Assembly: GCA_025463985.1 (NCBI GenBank)
Contig: JAODBM010000192.1
Location: 2,201-66,200, forward strand
Length of the DNA stretch: 64,000 nucleotides
From: Acidimicrobiales bacterium
GTDB lineage: Bacteria; Actinomycetota; Acidimicrobiia; Acidimicrobiales; Iamiaceae
Direction: 5' to 3'
Position 1 is the first letter of the stretch, and each line of letters opens with the position of its first letter. This document shows positions 56,270-64,000 of the stretch, piece after piece. Both the position numbers and the translations under genes were made by a program. The notes beneath the pieces were generated by a model. That model made no database searches and was not told the origin of the DNA. It was given only the letters and a program-made list of their open reading frames with translations.

Positions 56270-56668
56270 ATGAGTGAGCGCATCACGCTGGTCGACTACC
56301 TGACGCTCGACGACGCCGACGAGCCGCACCTCGTCGCCAACGAGTGCGGCACGTGCGGCGCCCGCTACTTCGGGCGGCGCAACGCCTGCGCGTCGTGCTT
56401 CGGCACCGACTTCGCCAAGGTCACCGTGCCGAGCGAGGGCGTCGTCCGTTCGTTCACCATCGTCGCCCAAGCCGCACCGGGGGTGCCGGTGCCGTTCGTC
56501 GCCGCCGTCGTCGACTGCGACGGCACGAGGGTGCGCAGCAACCTGATCAACGTCGACCCCGATCCCGAGCACGTCGTGCTCGGGATGAAGGTGCGCCTCG
56601 CGACCTACCTGGTCGGCACCGATGCGAGCGGCACCGACGCGATCGGCTTCGGCTTCGAGCCGATGTGA
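56270..56668 (+). CDS. DUF35 protein (zinc-ribbon + OB-fold, acyl-CoA-associated)
   Basis: 132-aa ORF with the rubredoxin-like ribbon CGTCGARYFGRRNACASC followed by an OB-fold-like C-terminus. It lies immediately upstream of an SCPx-type thiolase. Confidence 0.8.
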   Translation: MSERITLVDYLTLDDADEPHLVANECGTCGARYFGRRNACASCFGTDFAKVTVPSEGVVRSFTIVAQAAPGVPVPFVAAVVDCDGTRVRSNLINVDPDPEHVVLGMKVRLATYLVGTDASGTDAIGFGFEPM

Positions 56669-56701
56669 CCTCGCCCGCGAACGACCTCCCGAGAGGAGCC
56701 T

Positions 56702-57910
56702 GTGATGGCAAGCGATGACGTCTGGATCTTGGGCATCCGCATGACGAAGTTCGGCAAGCACCCGGACAAGGACAGCCTCGACCTGGGTGCGGAGGCGGCC
56801 ATGGCCGCGCTCGCGGACGGCGGCGTGACGATGCGCGACATGGGCGTCCTCGCCGCCGGCAACCTGCTGGGCGTCTCGGGCTACGGCCAGCAGCTGCAGA
56901 AGCAGATCGGGCAGACCGGCATCCCCGTGTACAACGTCGCCAACGCCTGCGCGACCGGTGCCACCGCGCTGCGCACGGCGATCATGGCGATCAAGGCCGG
57001 CGAGTGCGACATGGGCTTGGCCGTGGGCGTCGAGAAGCTCGCAGGCGCGGGCCTCCTCGGTGCCGGAGGCCAGGCCAAGAAGGACGCCGACACGTGGGAG
57101 CGGTCGGGCCGCATGGGTGCGGTGGCTCCGGTCGACGGGCGCATCGGCACCGACGGCATGCCGGGCGTGTTCGCACAGGTCGGCATGGAGTACGGCCACA
57201 AGTACGGCGGCGCCACCTTCGAGCTCTTCGCCCGGATCAGCGAGAAGAACCACGCGCACTCGACGCTGAACCCGCTCGCCACCTACACGAAGCGCATGAG
57301 CCTCGACCAGATCATGAACGACGTGATGATCGCGTACCCGAACACGCGCTCGATGTGCTCGGCCAACTGCGACGGCGCGGCCGCGGCCGTGGTGGTGTCC
57401 GGCGAGAAGCTCAAGACCCTCGGACCCGATCAGCGCCGGCGTGCCGTCAAGGTGTCGGCGAGCGTCCTGACGTCCGACCCGTGGCAGGACGGCTGCCAGG
57501 TCCTGCCCGACGTCAACACCCTGACCCGCAACGCGGCCACGCAGGCCTATGAGGCGGCGGGCGTCTCACCGTCGGACCGCGACCTCGTCGAGCTGCACGA
57601 CTGCTTCGCGACGGCCGAGCTCGTCCACTACGACAACCTCCAGCTGTGCGCGCCGGGCGAGGCCGTGCCGTTCTTCGAGTCGGGCGCCCCGTGGCGTGAC
57701 GGCTCGACGCCGGTCAACGTGTCAGGCGGCCTGGAGTCGAAGGGCCACCCGATCTCGGCCACGGGCATCGCCAACATCTGGGAGGTCTGCCATCACCTCC
57801 GCGGCGAGGCCGGCGATCGCCAGATCGAGGGGGCCACGGTCGGCCTGGCTCACGTCATCGGGCTGGGCTCCGCCTGCGGCGTGCACATCCTCGAGCGCGC
57901 CGCGGCCTGA
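56702..57910 (+). CDS. SCP-x / nonspecific lipid-transfer-type thiolase-like protein
   Basis: GTG 56702 or ATG 56705. Motifs are NVANACATGATAL (Cys retained) and NVSGGLESKGHPISATG. Confidence 0.85.
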   Translation: MMASDDVWILGIRMTKFGKHPDKDSLDLGAEAAMAALADGGVTMRDMGVLAAGNLLGVSGYGQQLQKQIGQTGIPVYNVANACATGATALRTAIMAIKAGECDMGLAVGVEKLAGAGLLGAGGQAKKDADTWERSGRMGAVAPVDGRIGTDGMPGVFAQVGMEYGHKYGGATFELFARISEKNHAHSTLNPLATYTKRMSLDQIMNDVMIAYPNTRSMCSANCDGAAAAVVVSGEKLKTLGPDQRRRAVKVSASVLTSDPWQDGCQVLPDVNTLTRNAATQAYEAAGVSPSDRDLVELHDCFATAELVHYDNLQLCAPGEAVPFFESGAPWRDGSTPVNVSGGLESKGHPISATGIANIWEVCHHLRGEAGDRQIEGATVGLAHVIGLGSACGVHILERAAA

Positions 57911-57946
57911 CGGCAGGCGGCGACGCCGGCTGGGCGGGTCACGGCG

Positions 57947-59470
57947 CTACCTGCTGTCGTCGGAGCGTGCGGGCAGTCGGGCGAGCGTGAGGATCGCGGC
58001 CAGGACCAAGATGGCGATCGCCAGCAGCAGGGTCTGGCTGAACGCGATCACGAACTCGGACCGCGCCGCCGCCACCACCTGGGGGCGCAGGGGATCGGCG
58101 AGCGAGGCGGCGGCGTCCACGGCCCCGCCGATCGAGCCGCGCGCCCGGTCGATCACCGTCGCGGGCGCCGCGAGCTCGGCGAGGCGGGCGTCGACCCCGC
58201 GGGCGTAGGAGGCGGCCAGGATCGACCCGAGCACGGCCACGCCGAGCACGCCGCCGATCTGGCTGATCGTGTCGTTGACGGCCGAGCCGACACCGGCCTT
58301 CCCGTGCGGCAGCGAACCCATCACCGATTCGGTCACGGGCGCGATCACGAGGCCCATGCCGAGGCCGAGCAGCACGAGGCCGCCGACGAGGTGGTTGTAG
58401 CCGTCGGTCACCGGGACCCCGCGGATCACGACCACGCCGGCGGCGACCACCAGCGCGCCCGTGCCGACCACGAGCTTGGTGCCGACGCGCTCGACGATGC
58501 GCGGCGCGCACGGTCCCATCACGAGCAGGGTGAGGGCGAACGGCAGCATCCGGAACCCGGCCTGCAGCGCCGAGTAGCCGAGCACTGTCTGCAGGTACTG
58601 CGTCAACAGGAACTGCGTCCCGAACATCACGAAGAAGCACATCGTGAGCGTGCCGTTGGCGACCGAGAAGCGGCGGCTGCGGAACAGCGAGAGGTCGAGC
58701 ATCGGCTGGCCGCAGGCCCGCTCCCAGCGCAGGAACGCCGCGAACACGGCGATCCCGACGGCCAGGCTGAGGATGATCGCCGGCGAGCTCCACCCGTGCG
58801 TCGGCGCTTCGATGATCGCCCATACCACGGCGACGAGCCCCGCGATGCTGAGCAGCGCGCCGAGGGGGTCGAGGCCACGGCTGTTCGGATCCTTCGAGTC
58901 CGGCAGCACGAACCGGCCGGCGACCAGCGCGACCAGCGCGATGGGGACGTTGATGAGGAACACCGAGCCCCACCAGAAGCGCCCGAGCAGCAGCCCACCG
59001 AGCACGGGACCGGCCGCCGCGCCGAGGCCGACGACCGCGGCCCACACGCCGATCGCCCGGGCCCGGCGTTGCGGCTCGGGGAAGACGTGGGTGAGCAGCG
59101 AGAGGGTCGACGGCAGGATCAGCGACGCGCCGACGCCCATGCCCGCTCGGCTGAGGATCAGCATCAGGGTGGACACGGCGAAGGCCGAGGCTGCGGATCC
59201 GGCGGCGAAGATCGTGAGGCCGACGCCGAGCGTCGTCTTGCGCCCGAAGCGGTCGCCGATGCTGCCGGACGTCACGAGCAGGCCGGCGAAGACGAGCGTG
59301 TAGCCGTCGAAGATCCACTGCAGGGCGCTGTTCGACGCGTGGAGGTCGCGGGAGAAGGCTGGGAGGGCGATCGTGACGATCGCGTTGTCGAGACCGACCA
59401 CGAGCACGCTCATGCAGAGGACCAGCAGGGCGACCCCTTGCGCCCGTCCCCGAACCTCCTCGGTTGGCAC
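57947..59470 (-). CDS. MFS transporter, DHA2 (14-TMS drug:H+ antiporter-like) family
   Basis: This is the 3' part of ORF 57947..60712. GTG 59470 is the first start that keeps TM1 intact. Motifs are LDNAIVTIALP and GDRFGRK. It has many hydrophobic segments. Confidence 0.8.
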   Translation of the reverse strand: MPTEEVRGRAQGVALLVLCMSVLVVGLDNAIVTIALPAFSRDLHASNSALQWIFDGYTLVFAGLLVTSGSIGDRFGRKTTLGVGLTIFAAGSAASAFAVSTLMLILSRAGMGVGASLILPSTLSLLTHVFPEPQRRARAIGVWAAVVGLGAAAGPVLGGLLLGRFWWGSVFLINVPIALVALVAGRFVLPDSKDPNSRGLDPLGALLSIAGLVAVVWAIIEAPTHGWSSPAIILSLAVGIAVFAAFLRWERACGQPMLDLSLFRSRRFSVANGTLTMCFFVMFGTQFLLTQYLQTVLGYSALQAGFRMLPFALTLLVMGPCAPRIVERVGTKLVVGTGALVVAAGVVVIRGVPVTDGYNHLVGGLVLLGLGMGLVIAPVTESVMGSLPHGKAGVGSAVNDTISQIGGVLGVAVLGSILAASYARGVDARLAELAAPATVIDRARGSIGGAVDAAASLADPLRPQVVAAARSEFVIAFSQTLLLAIAILVLAAILTLARLPARSDDSR

Positions 59471-59542
59471 CGCGCCCTCACTCGCCTCGAAAGCAACAGG
59501 TAGATGAATGATATAGTATGACGACAAAGAGAGGGGAACTTC

Positions 59543-60721
59543 ATGGATCTCATCGACCAGCTCGGCGTCAAGGTCATCGACTGCGACACCCACGTGATCG
59601 AGCCGTACGACCTGTGGACGTCGCGTGTGTCGGTCGCCAAGTACGGCGACCTGGTGCCGCACATCGAGAAGGACGACCGCGGCGTCGACATGTGGTACTC
59701 GGGGTCCAACCCCTTGCACCCCGGCGCCCAGGCCGCGGCGGCTGGTTGGGAGACCGAGCCGCCGAACCTCCCGGCGAGCATCGACCTCGTCGACCCCCGG
59801 ATCTGGCAGCCCGAGGGCCGCCTGCAGATCATGGACGAGTACGGCATCTATGCCGAGGTGCTCTATCCGAACGTGTCGGGCTTCGGCGCCGGTCGCTTCA
59901 CCGACCTGGGCGACATGGAGCTCGCGCTGCTCCTGCTGCAGGCGTACAACGACTATCTCACGGACTTCGCGAGCGTCGATCCGAAGCGCTACGTGCCGAT
60001 CGCGGCCGTGCCTTTCTGGGACATCGACCTCAGCATCAAGGAGATCGAGCGGTGCCGGAACAAGGGCCACCGCGGAATCATCTTCTCCCAGGCGCCCGAG
60101 ACCTTTGGCCAGCCCAAGCTGAGCGATCCCTACTGGGACCGGCTGTGGGGGGCGCTGCAGGAGATGGAGATGGCCGTCAACTTCCACATCGGGAGCGGTG
60201 ACACGTCGAACCTCGAGATGCTCCACGAGTCCGCCGGCGTGCACGCCAACTTCGCATCGTTCCCGGTCACGTTCTTCACCGGCAACGCGAAGACGGTGGC
60301 CACGCTCATCGGTGGCGGCATCTGCCATCGGTTCCCCGACCTGAAGTTCGTGTCGGTGGAGAGCGGGGTCGGCTGGATCCCCTTCGCGCTGCAGGCGCTC
60401 GACTGGATGTGGGGCGAGTGCGGGGTCGCCAAGGAGCACCCCGAGTACGACCTGCTCCCGAGCGAGTACTTCAAGCGCCAGATCTACGCCTGCTTCTGGT
60501 TCGAGCACGGCAAGACGCTCGAGAACGCCATCGACGAGCTCGGTGCGGACAACATCCTCTACGAGACCGACTTCCCGCACCCGACGAGCATGTCGCCCGG
60601 CCCGGTGAGCAACGCCCTGGCCCCGCGGGACTTCATCTCGCAGAACCTCTCCAACCTGCCGCACGACGTGCTGCAGAAGGTGCTCCATGACAATGCCGCC
60701 AACCTGTACCACCTCGGCTGA
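59543..60721 (+). CDS. Amidohydrolase-2 family protein, paralogue of 28431..29612
   Basis: 392-aa ORF with motifs VIDCDTHVIEP and LYETDFPHPTS. GAGAGGGGAA lies upstream. Confidence 0.85.
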   Translation: MDLIDQLGVKVIDCDTHVIEPYDLWTSRVSVAKYGDLVPHIEKDDRGVDMWYSGSNPLHPGAQAAAAGWETEPPNLPASIDLVDPRIWQPEGRLQIMDEYGIYAEVLYPNVSGFGAGRFTDLGDMELALLLLQAYNDYLTDFASVDPKRYVPIAAVPFWDIDLSIKEIERCRNKGHRGIIFSQAPETFGQPKLSDPYWDRLWGALQEMEMAVNFHIGSGDTSNLEMLHESAGVHANFASFPVTFFTGNAKTVATLIGGGICHRFPDLKFVSVESGVGWIPFALQALDWMWGECGVAKEHPEYDLLPSEYFKRQIYACFWFEHGKTLENAIDELGADNILYETDFPHPTSMSPGPVSNALAPRDFISQNLSNLPHDVLQKVLHDNAANLYHLG

Positions 60722-60738
60722 CGGGCAAGGATCGCAGG

Positions 60739-61956
60739 ATGTCTCAGCTGCTTGAAGGTGTGAAGGTCGTCGAGCTGGCGATCTATGCGTTCGTCCCGTC
60801 GGCCGGTGCCGCCCTCGCCGACTGGGGCGCGGACGTGGTCAAGATCGAGCACCCCGAGACCGGCGATCCCGTCCGCGGGCTCGTGTCGTACGGCGTGAAG
60901 CCGGGCGACGGCGGGGTGACGCCGCTGTGGGAGGTGTTCAACCGCGGCAAGAAGAGCGTGGGGATCGACATCCACAGCGCGGCCGGCCTCGAGCTGCTGA
61001 TGTCGCTGATCGACGAAGCCGACGTGTTCCTCACGAACTTCATGCAGCCGGCCCGCGCCCGGCTCGGGATCGACGCCGACCAGGTGCTGGCCCGCAACCC
61101 GCGCATCATCTATGGGCGGGGTACCGGGCACGGGCCGATCGGGCCCGACGCCAACAAGGGCGGCTTCGACGGCATCTCCTATTGGAGCCGTCCGGGCGTC
61201 GCCACCGCGGCAATTCCGCCGGGCTACGACTTCCCGATCATGCTCCCTGGACCCGCTTTCGGTGACGTCCAGTCCGGCATGAACCTCGCGGGCGGCGTGG
61301 CCGCGGCCCTCTATCGGCGGGAGAAGACCGGGCAGGGCGCAATCGTGGACGTCTCGCTCCTCAGCTCCGGCCTGTGGGCGATGGGGGCCACGATCGCCGG
61401 TGCCTATGCCATCAAGTCGGACAACATCGTGCAGCTCGACCGGCGCCGGCCCGAGAACCCGTTGGCGAACATGTACCGCTCGGGCGACGGCAAGTTCTTC
61501 GTGCTCGGCATGCTCGAATCGGACAAGTACTGGACCGGGTTGTGCGCGGCGCTGGGCCTCGGTGACCTCGAAGACGATGCGCGCTTCAACTCGTTCGTGG
61601 GCCGCCGCGACAACGCGGAAGACCTCGTCAAGGTGCTCGACGAGACGTTCGGTTCGCTCACGATGGAGCAGCTCGCCGACCAGCTCGACAGCCAGGCCGG
61701 GCAGTGGGCGCGGGTCGGCTTCCCGGGCGACGCGGTGACCGACGAGCAGGCGCTCGTCAACGACTTCATCCGCATGATCGAGTACGAGGACGGCGCCACG
61801 CTGCCGATCACCACCGTGCCCACGCGCATCGACGGCGAGGACATCACGATGTCGCGGGCCCCGACGCACGGCGAGCACACCGATGAGGTGCTGACCGCCG
61901 CGGGCCACTCGATGGACGAGCTGCTCGCGCTCAAGATCGAGGGCGTCATCAACTGA
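60739..61956 (+). CDS. Family III CoA-transferase (CaiB/BaiF/racemase family)
   Basis: 405-aa ORF with motifs DWGADVVKIEHP and FNRGKKSVGIDI. Confidence 0.9.
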   Translation: MSQLLEGVKVVELAIYAFVPSAGAALADWGADVVKIEHPETGDPVRGLVSYGVKPGDGGVTPLWEVFNRGKKSVGIDIHSAAGLELLMSLIDEADVFLTNFMQPARARLGIDADQVLARNPRIIYGRGTGHGPIGPDANKGGFDGISYWSRPGVATAAIPPGYDFPIMLPGPAFGDVQSGMNLAGGVAAALYRREKTGQGAIVDVSLLSSGLWAMGATIAGAYAIKSDNIVQLDRRRPENPLANMYRSGDGKFFVLGMLESDKYWTGLCAALGLGDLEDDARFNSFVGRRDNAEDLVKVLDETFGSLTMEQLADQLDSQAGQWARVGFPGDAVTDEQALVNDFIRMIEYEDGATLPITTVPTRIDGEDITMSRAPTHGEHTDEVLTAAGHSMDELLALKIEGVIN

Positions 61957-61997
61957 GCCCCCGGCCCAGTTCCGGCGGCGCGGCAGCGCGGCGGCCC

Positions 61998-63413
61998 TCA
62001 GGCGTCGTCGCGCCACACGATGCGACCGGCCCGCACGGTCAGGGCCACGGCCTCGGCTGAGGGGCCGTTCAGCGCCTGCTCGAGCGGGCCGCTGAGCAGC
62101 GCGACGTCGGCCGGCTGGCCCACGGCGACGCGCCGCGGCGGTCCCCCGGGCGCGTCGAGCGGACCCATGAACAGGTCGAGGGCCTGCTCGGCGCGCACCC
62201 GTTCCGCCGGTCCGAGCACGCGCCCGGACGGAGCCTCCCGGCGGATCGCGGCGACCATGGCCGCCCAGGGGTCGGGCTCGCTGTAGGGCGCATCGGTGCT
62301 TCCCGCCACCGGCACCCCGGCGTCGAGGAGGGTCCGGCACCGGTAGAGGTCGTCGAGGTCCGCCGGATCGACGTCGGCCAGGTACTGGTCGCCCCGCTCG
62401 GCCACGAAGCCCGGTTGGGTCACGACGGTGAGCCGGTGGTGCGCGAGCCGGCTCACGAGCTCGCGCGGGATCACCGACCCGTGCTCGACGCGGTCGCCGG
62501 GCCGGGCGCCGCCCTCGTCCCAGGCGGCGAGAGCGAACACGAGACTGAGGCGGCTCACGCAGTGGACGGCGACGTTCCGCTCGTGCCGGTGCGCCGTGGC
62601 GAACCAGGCGATCAGGTCCTCGAGCGCCGGGAGGTCGTGGTCGTCGAGCACGACCTTGACCGGGCCGCGATCGACGCCGGCGGGGAACGTGGCGCCGGCG
62701 AGCGCGACGCCGCCCGTGGCCTGGACGTGGAGGGTGGAGGAGGCATCAGCCAGCCGTGCCAGCTCCTCGGGGGTCTCGACGGCCGAAGCGTCGGTGACCC
62801 CGACGACCCCCAGCCGGTTCAGCCGCAGCGCGAGCGCGGCGAGATCGGGTGCCGCGGTCTCGGGCAGCCGCTCGCGCAGCCAACGGTCGAGCCGGAGCAG
62901 CCGCCCGTTGGGCCGCCCCTCGGCGTCGCGCTCGACGCCTTCGGGACCGCCGTCGGACGTGCGGTCGTCGAGGCCCACGGACCGGCACGCGGCGGAGCTC
63001 AGGATCCAGAGCGCCCCTGAGCGGTGCTGCACCCGGACCGGGTGATCGCCGACGATCCGATCGAGGGCCCACCGGTCGAGCGGCCCCGCCACGGCGTCGT
63101 GATACCCGGTGGCCCGGACCCACGCCTCCGGGCCCGCCTCGCTGACCGCGGCGCGCAGGGCGCGGGCGAGACCCGCCGCGTCGACCACGTCGGCGGGGCC
63201 GACGCGCAAGGATCGGCTGCTCGCCGCCGTCGCGAGCAGGTGGATGTGGTGGTCGTGCAGCCCGGGGATCAGCGGGCGACCGGCCCCGTCGATGCGCTCG
63301 GCCGTCGGGTCGGCGGCGAGGTCGCGGCCGATCGCGGACACCACGCCGCCGTCCACGTGCACGTCGACCGTCGCACCTTCGACCACGACGCCGCGGAACC
63401 GCAGCGCCGTCAC
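61998..63413 (-). CDS. Amidohydrolase-3 family metal-dependent hydrolase
   Basis: 471-aa ORF with an N-terminal metal motif PGLHDHHIHLL. It overlaps the upstream gene by 4 nt. Confidence 0.75.
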   Translation of the reverse strand: MTALRFRGVVVEGATVDVHVDGGVVSAIGRDLAADPTAERIDGAGRPLIPGLHDHHIHLLATAASSRSLRVGPADVVDAAGLARALRAAVSEAGPEAWVRATGYHDAVAGPLDRWALDRIVGDHPVRVQHRSGALWILSSAACRSVGLDDRTSDGGPEGVERDAEGRPNGRLLRLDRWLRERLPETAAPDLAALALRLNRLGVVGVTDASAVETPEELARLADASSTLHVQATGGVALAGATFPAGVDRGPVKVVLDDHDLPALEDLIAWFATAHRHERNVAVHCVSRLSLVFALAAWDEGGARPGDRVEHGSVIPRELVSRLAHHRLTVVTQPGFVAERGDQYLADVDPADLDDLYRCRTLLDAGVPVAGSTDAPYSEPDPWAAMVAAIRREAPSGRVLGPAERVRAEQALDLFMGPLDAPGGPPRRVAVGQPADVALLSGPLEQALNGPSAEAVALTVRAGRIVWRDDA

Positions 63414-64000
63414 AGGGAGACGCCGAGCTCGTCGAGGACGGTCGCCGTGTGCGCACCGAGCGGCGGCGCGGCAGCCGCGCGGGGCGGGGCGGTCGGTCGG
63501 GGCGCCGCGGTGCCCGGCGGGAGGGCGAGCGTTGGCCCTGCGAGGCTGGCCGCCACCGCCGCCATCGAGACGTCGAGCAGCCAGCGTCCACCGACGGCGA
63601 GCGCGTCGACGACGGCGGACGCGGCGGCCAGCCCGGCGCAGGGATCACCGACCGCGTCGGCGCAGAACACCGGCCCGGACGGATCGTCGGCCACGAGCCC
63701 GCCGGCCACCGCGGCATCGTCGCCGAACCCGATCCGCCCCGGTCCGTCGCCTGGACCGGCGTCTTGCCGGCCGTCTCGCCCCGCGTCCCGCTGGGCGTCG
63801 CGACCGTGGCCGGTGATCGAGACCCAGATGCGGGGGCCACCGGCGGCCACGAGGGCGTCGGCGTCGAGGCCGAGCTGCCGCAACGCCCGAGGCCGCGAGG
63901 CTTCGAGCACGATGTCGGCCCGGGCCACGAGCTCGTGGAGGGCGGCCACCCCGGCCCGGTCGCCGAAGTCGAGGGCGACGCTGCGCTTGGCGCCGTTCAG
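63410..64000 (-). CDS. Family III CoA-transferase (CaiB/BaiF family), C-terminal part; 5' end outside the window
   Basis: The frame stays open to base 64000. Reverse translation of 63950-64000 gives LNGAKRSVALDFGD, the family LN-x-x-KRS motif. The remainder is ADIVLEASRPRALRQLGLD. Confidence 0.8.
   Translation of the reverse strand: MNGAKRSVALDFGDRAGVAALHELVARADIVLEASRPRALRQLGLDADALVAAGGPRIWVSITGHGRDAQRDAGRDGRQDAGPGDGPGRIGFGDDAAVAGGLVADDPSGPVFCADAVGDPCAGLAAASAVVDALAVGGRWLLDVSMAAVAASLAGPTLALPPGTAAPRPTAPPRAAAAPPLGAHTATVLDELGVSL

Noticed and set aside
57947-60712. The 921-aa minus-strand ORF could be a single giant protein.
   Set aside because: Only the part from 59470 downstream is a coherent MFS transporter. 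The upstream 400 aa are the antisense shadow of the amidohydrolase gene 59543..60721 (+), which has clear family motifs and a paralogue at 28431. An A/T-rich promoter gap separates the two.

Overview
This window is very GC-rich, gene-dense DNA of actinobacterial type, with third codon positions almost always G/C and many 4-nt ATGA/GTGA start-stop overlaps. I cannot name the organism from sequence alone. I see no rRNA, tRNA, CRISPR, transposase, integrase or phage genes. The whole 64 kb reads as one continuous catabolic supercluster for CoA-thioester substrates, with about 58 protein genes in at least 15 transcription units. It holds:

- 6 acyl-CoA dehydrogenase (ACAD) genes carrying 7 ACAD domains, including an adjacent alpha/beta-type pair and one fused double-ACAD
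- 5 AMP-dependent acyl-CoA ligases
- 4 family III (CaiB/BaiF/racemase-type) CoA-transferases
- 1 acetyl-CoA hydrolase/4-hydroxybutyrate CoA-transferase-type enzyme
- 3 crotonases and a split MaoC hydratase pair
- 2 thiolases, one with a DUF35 partner
- 2 paralogous cytochrome P450s
- 4 SDRs and 4 luciferase-like (F420/FMN) oxidoreductases
- 3 APH-type kinases
- 3 amidohydrolases and 2 hotdog thioesterases
- a BKACE enzyme, a PaaA-like di-iron protein and a cytoplasmic molybdopterin oxidoreductase with a DUF2889-like partner
- a Liv-type ABC importer with a triple-fused permease/ATPase, an MFS transporter, an EamA transporter and one TetR regulator

The non-coding signals most worth a second look are:

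- A four-unit tandem array of 62-63 bp palindromic repeats in a convergent gene gap, with a diverged single copy at a second convergent gap.
- A recurrent A/T-rich GNCTAAT/ATTCAG box in most promoter gaps, suggesting one regulon.
- Three kinase-plus-ACAD neighbourhoods resembling the lva/ACAD10-11 logic for 4-hydroxyacyl-CoA catabolism.

All functional calls come from motif recognition by eye in the supplied translations. No database search was run.
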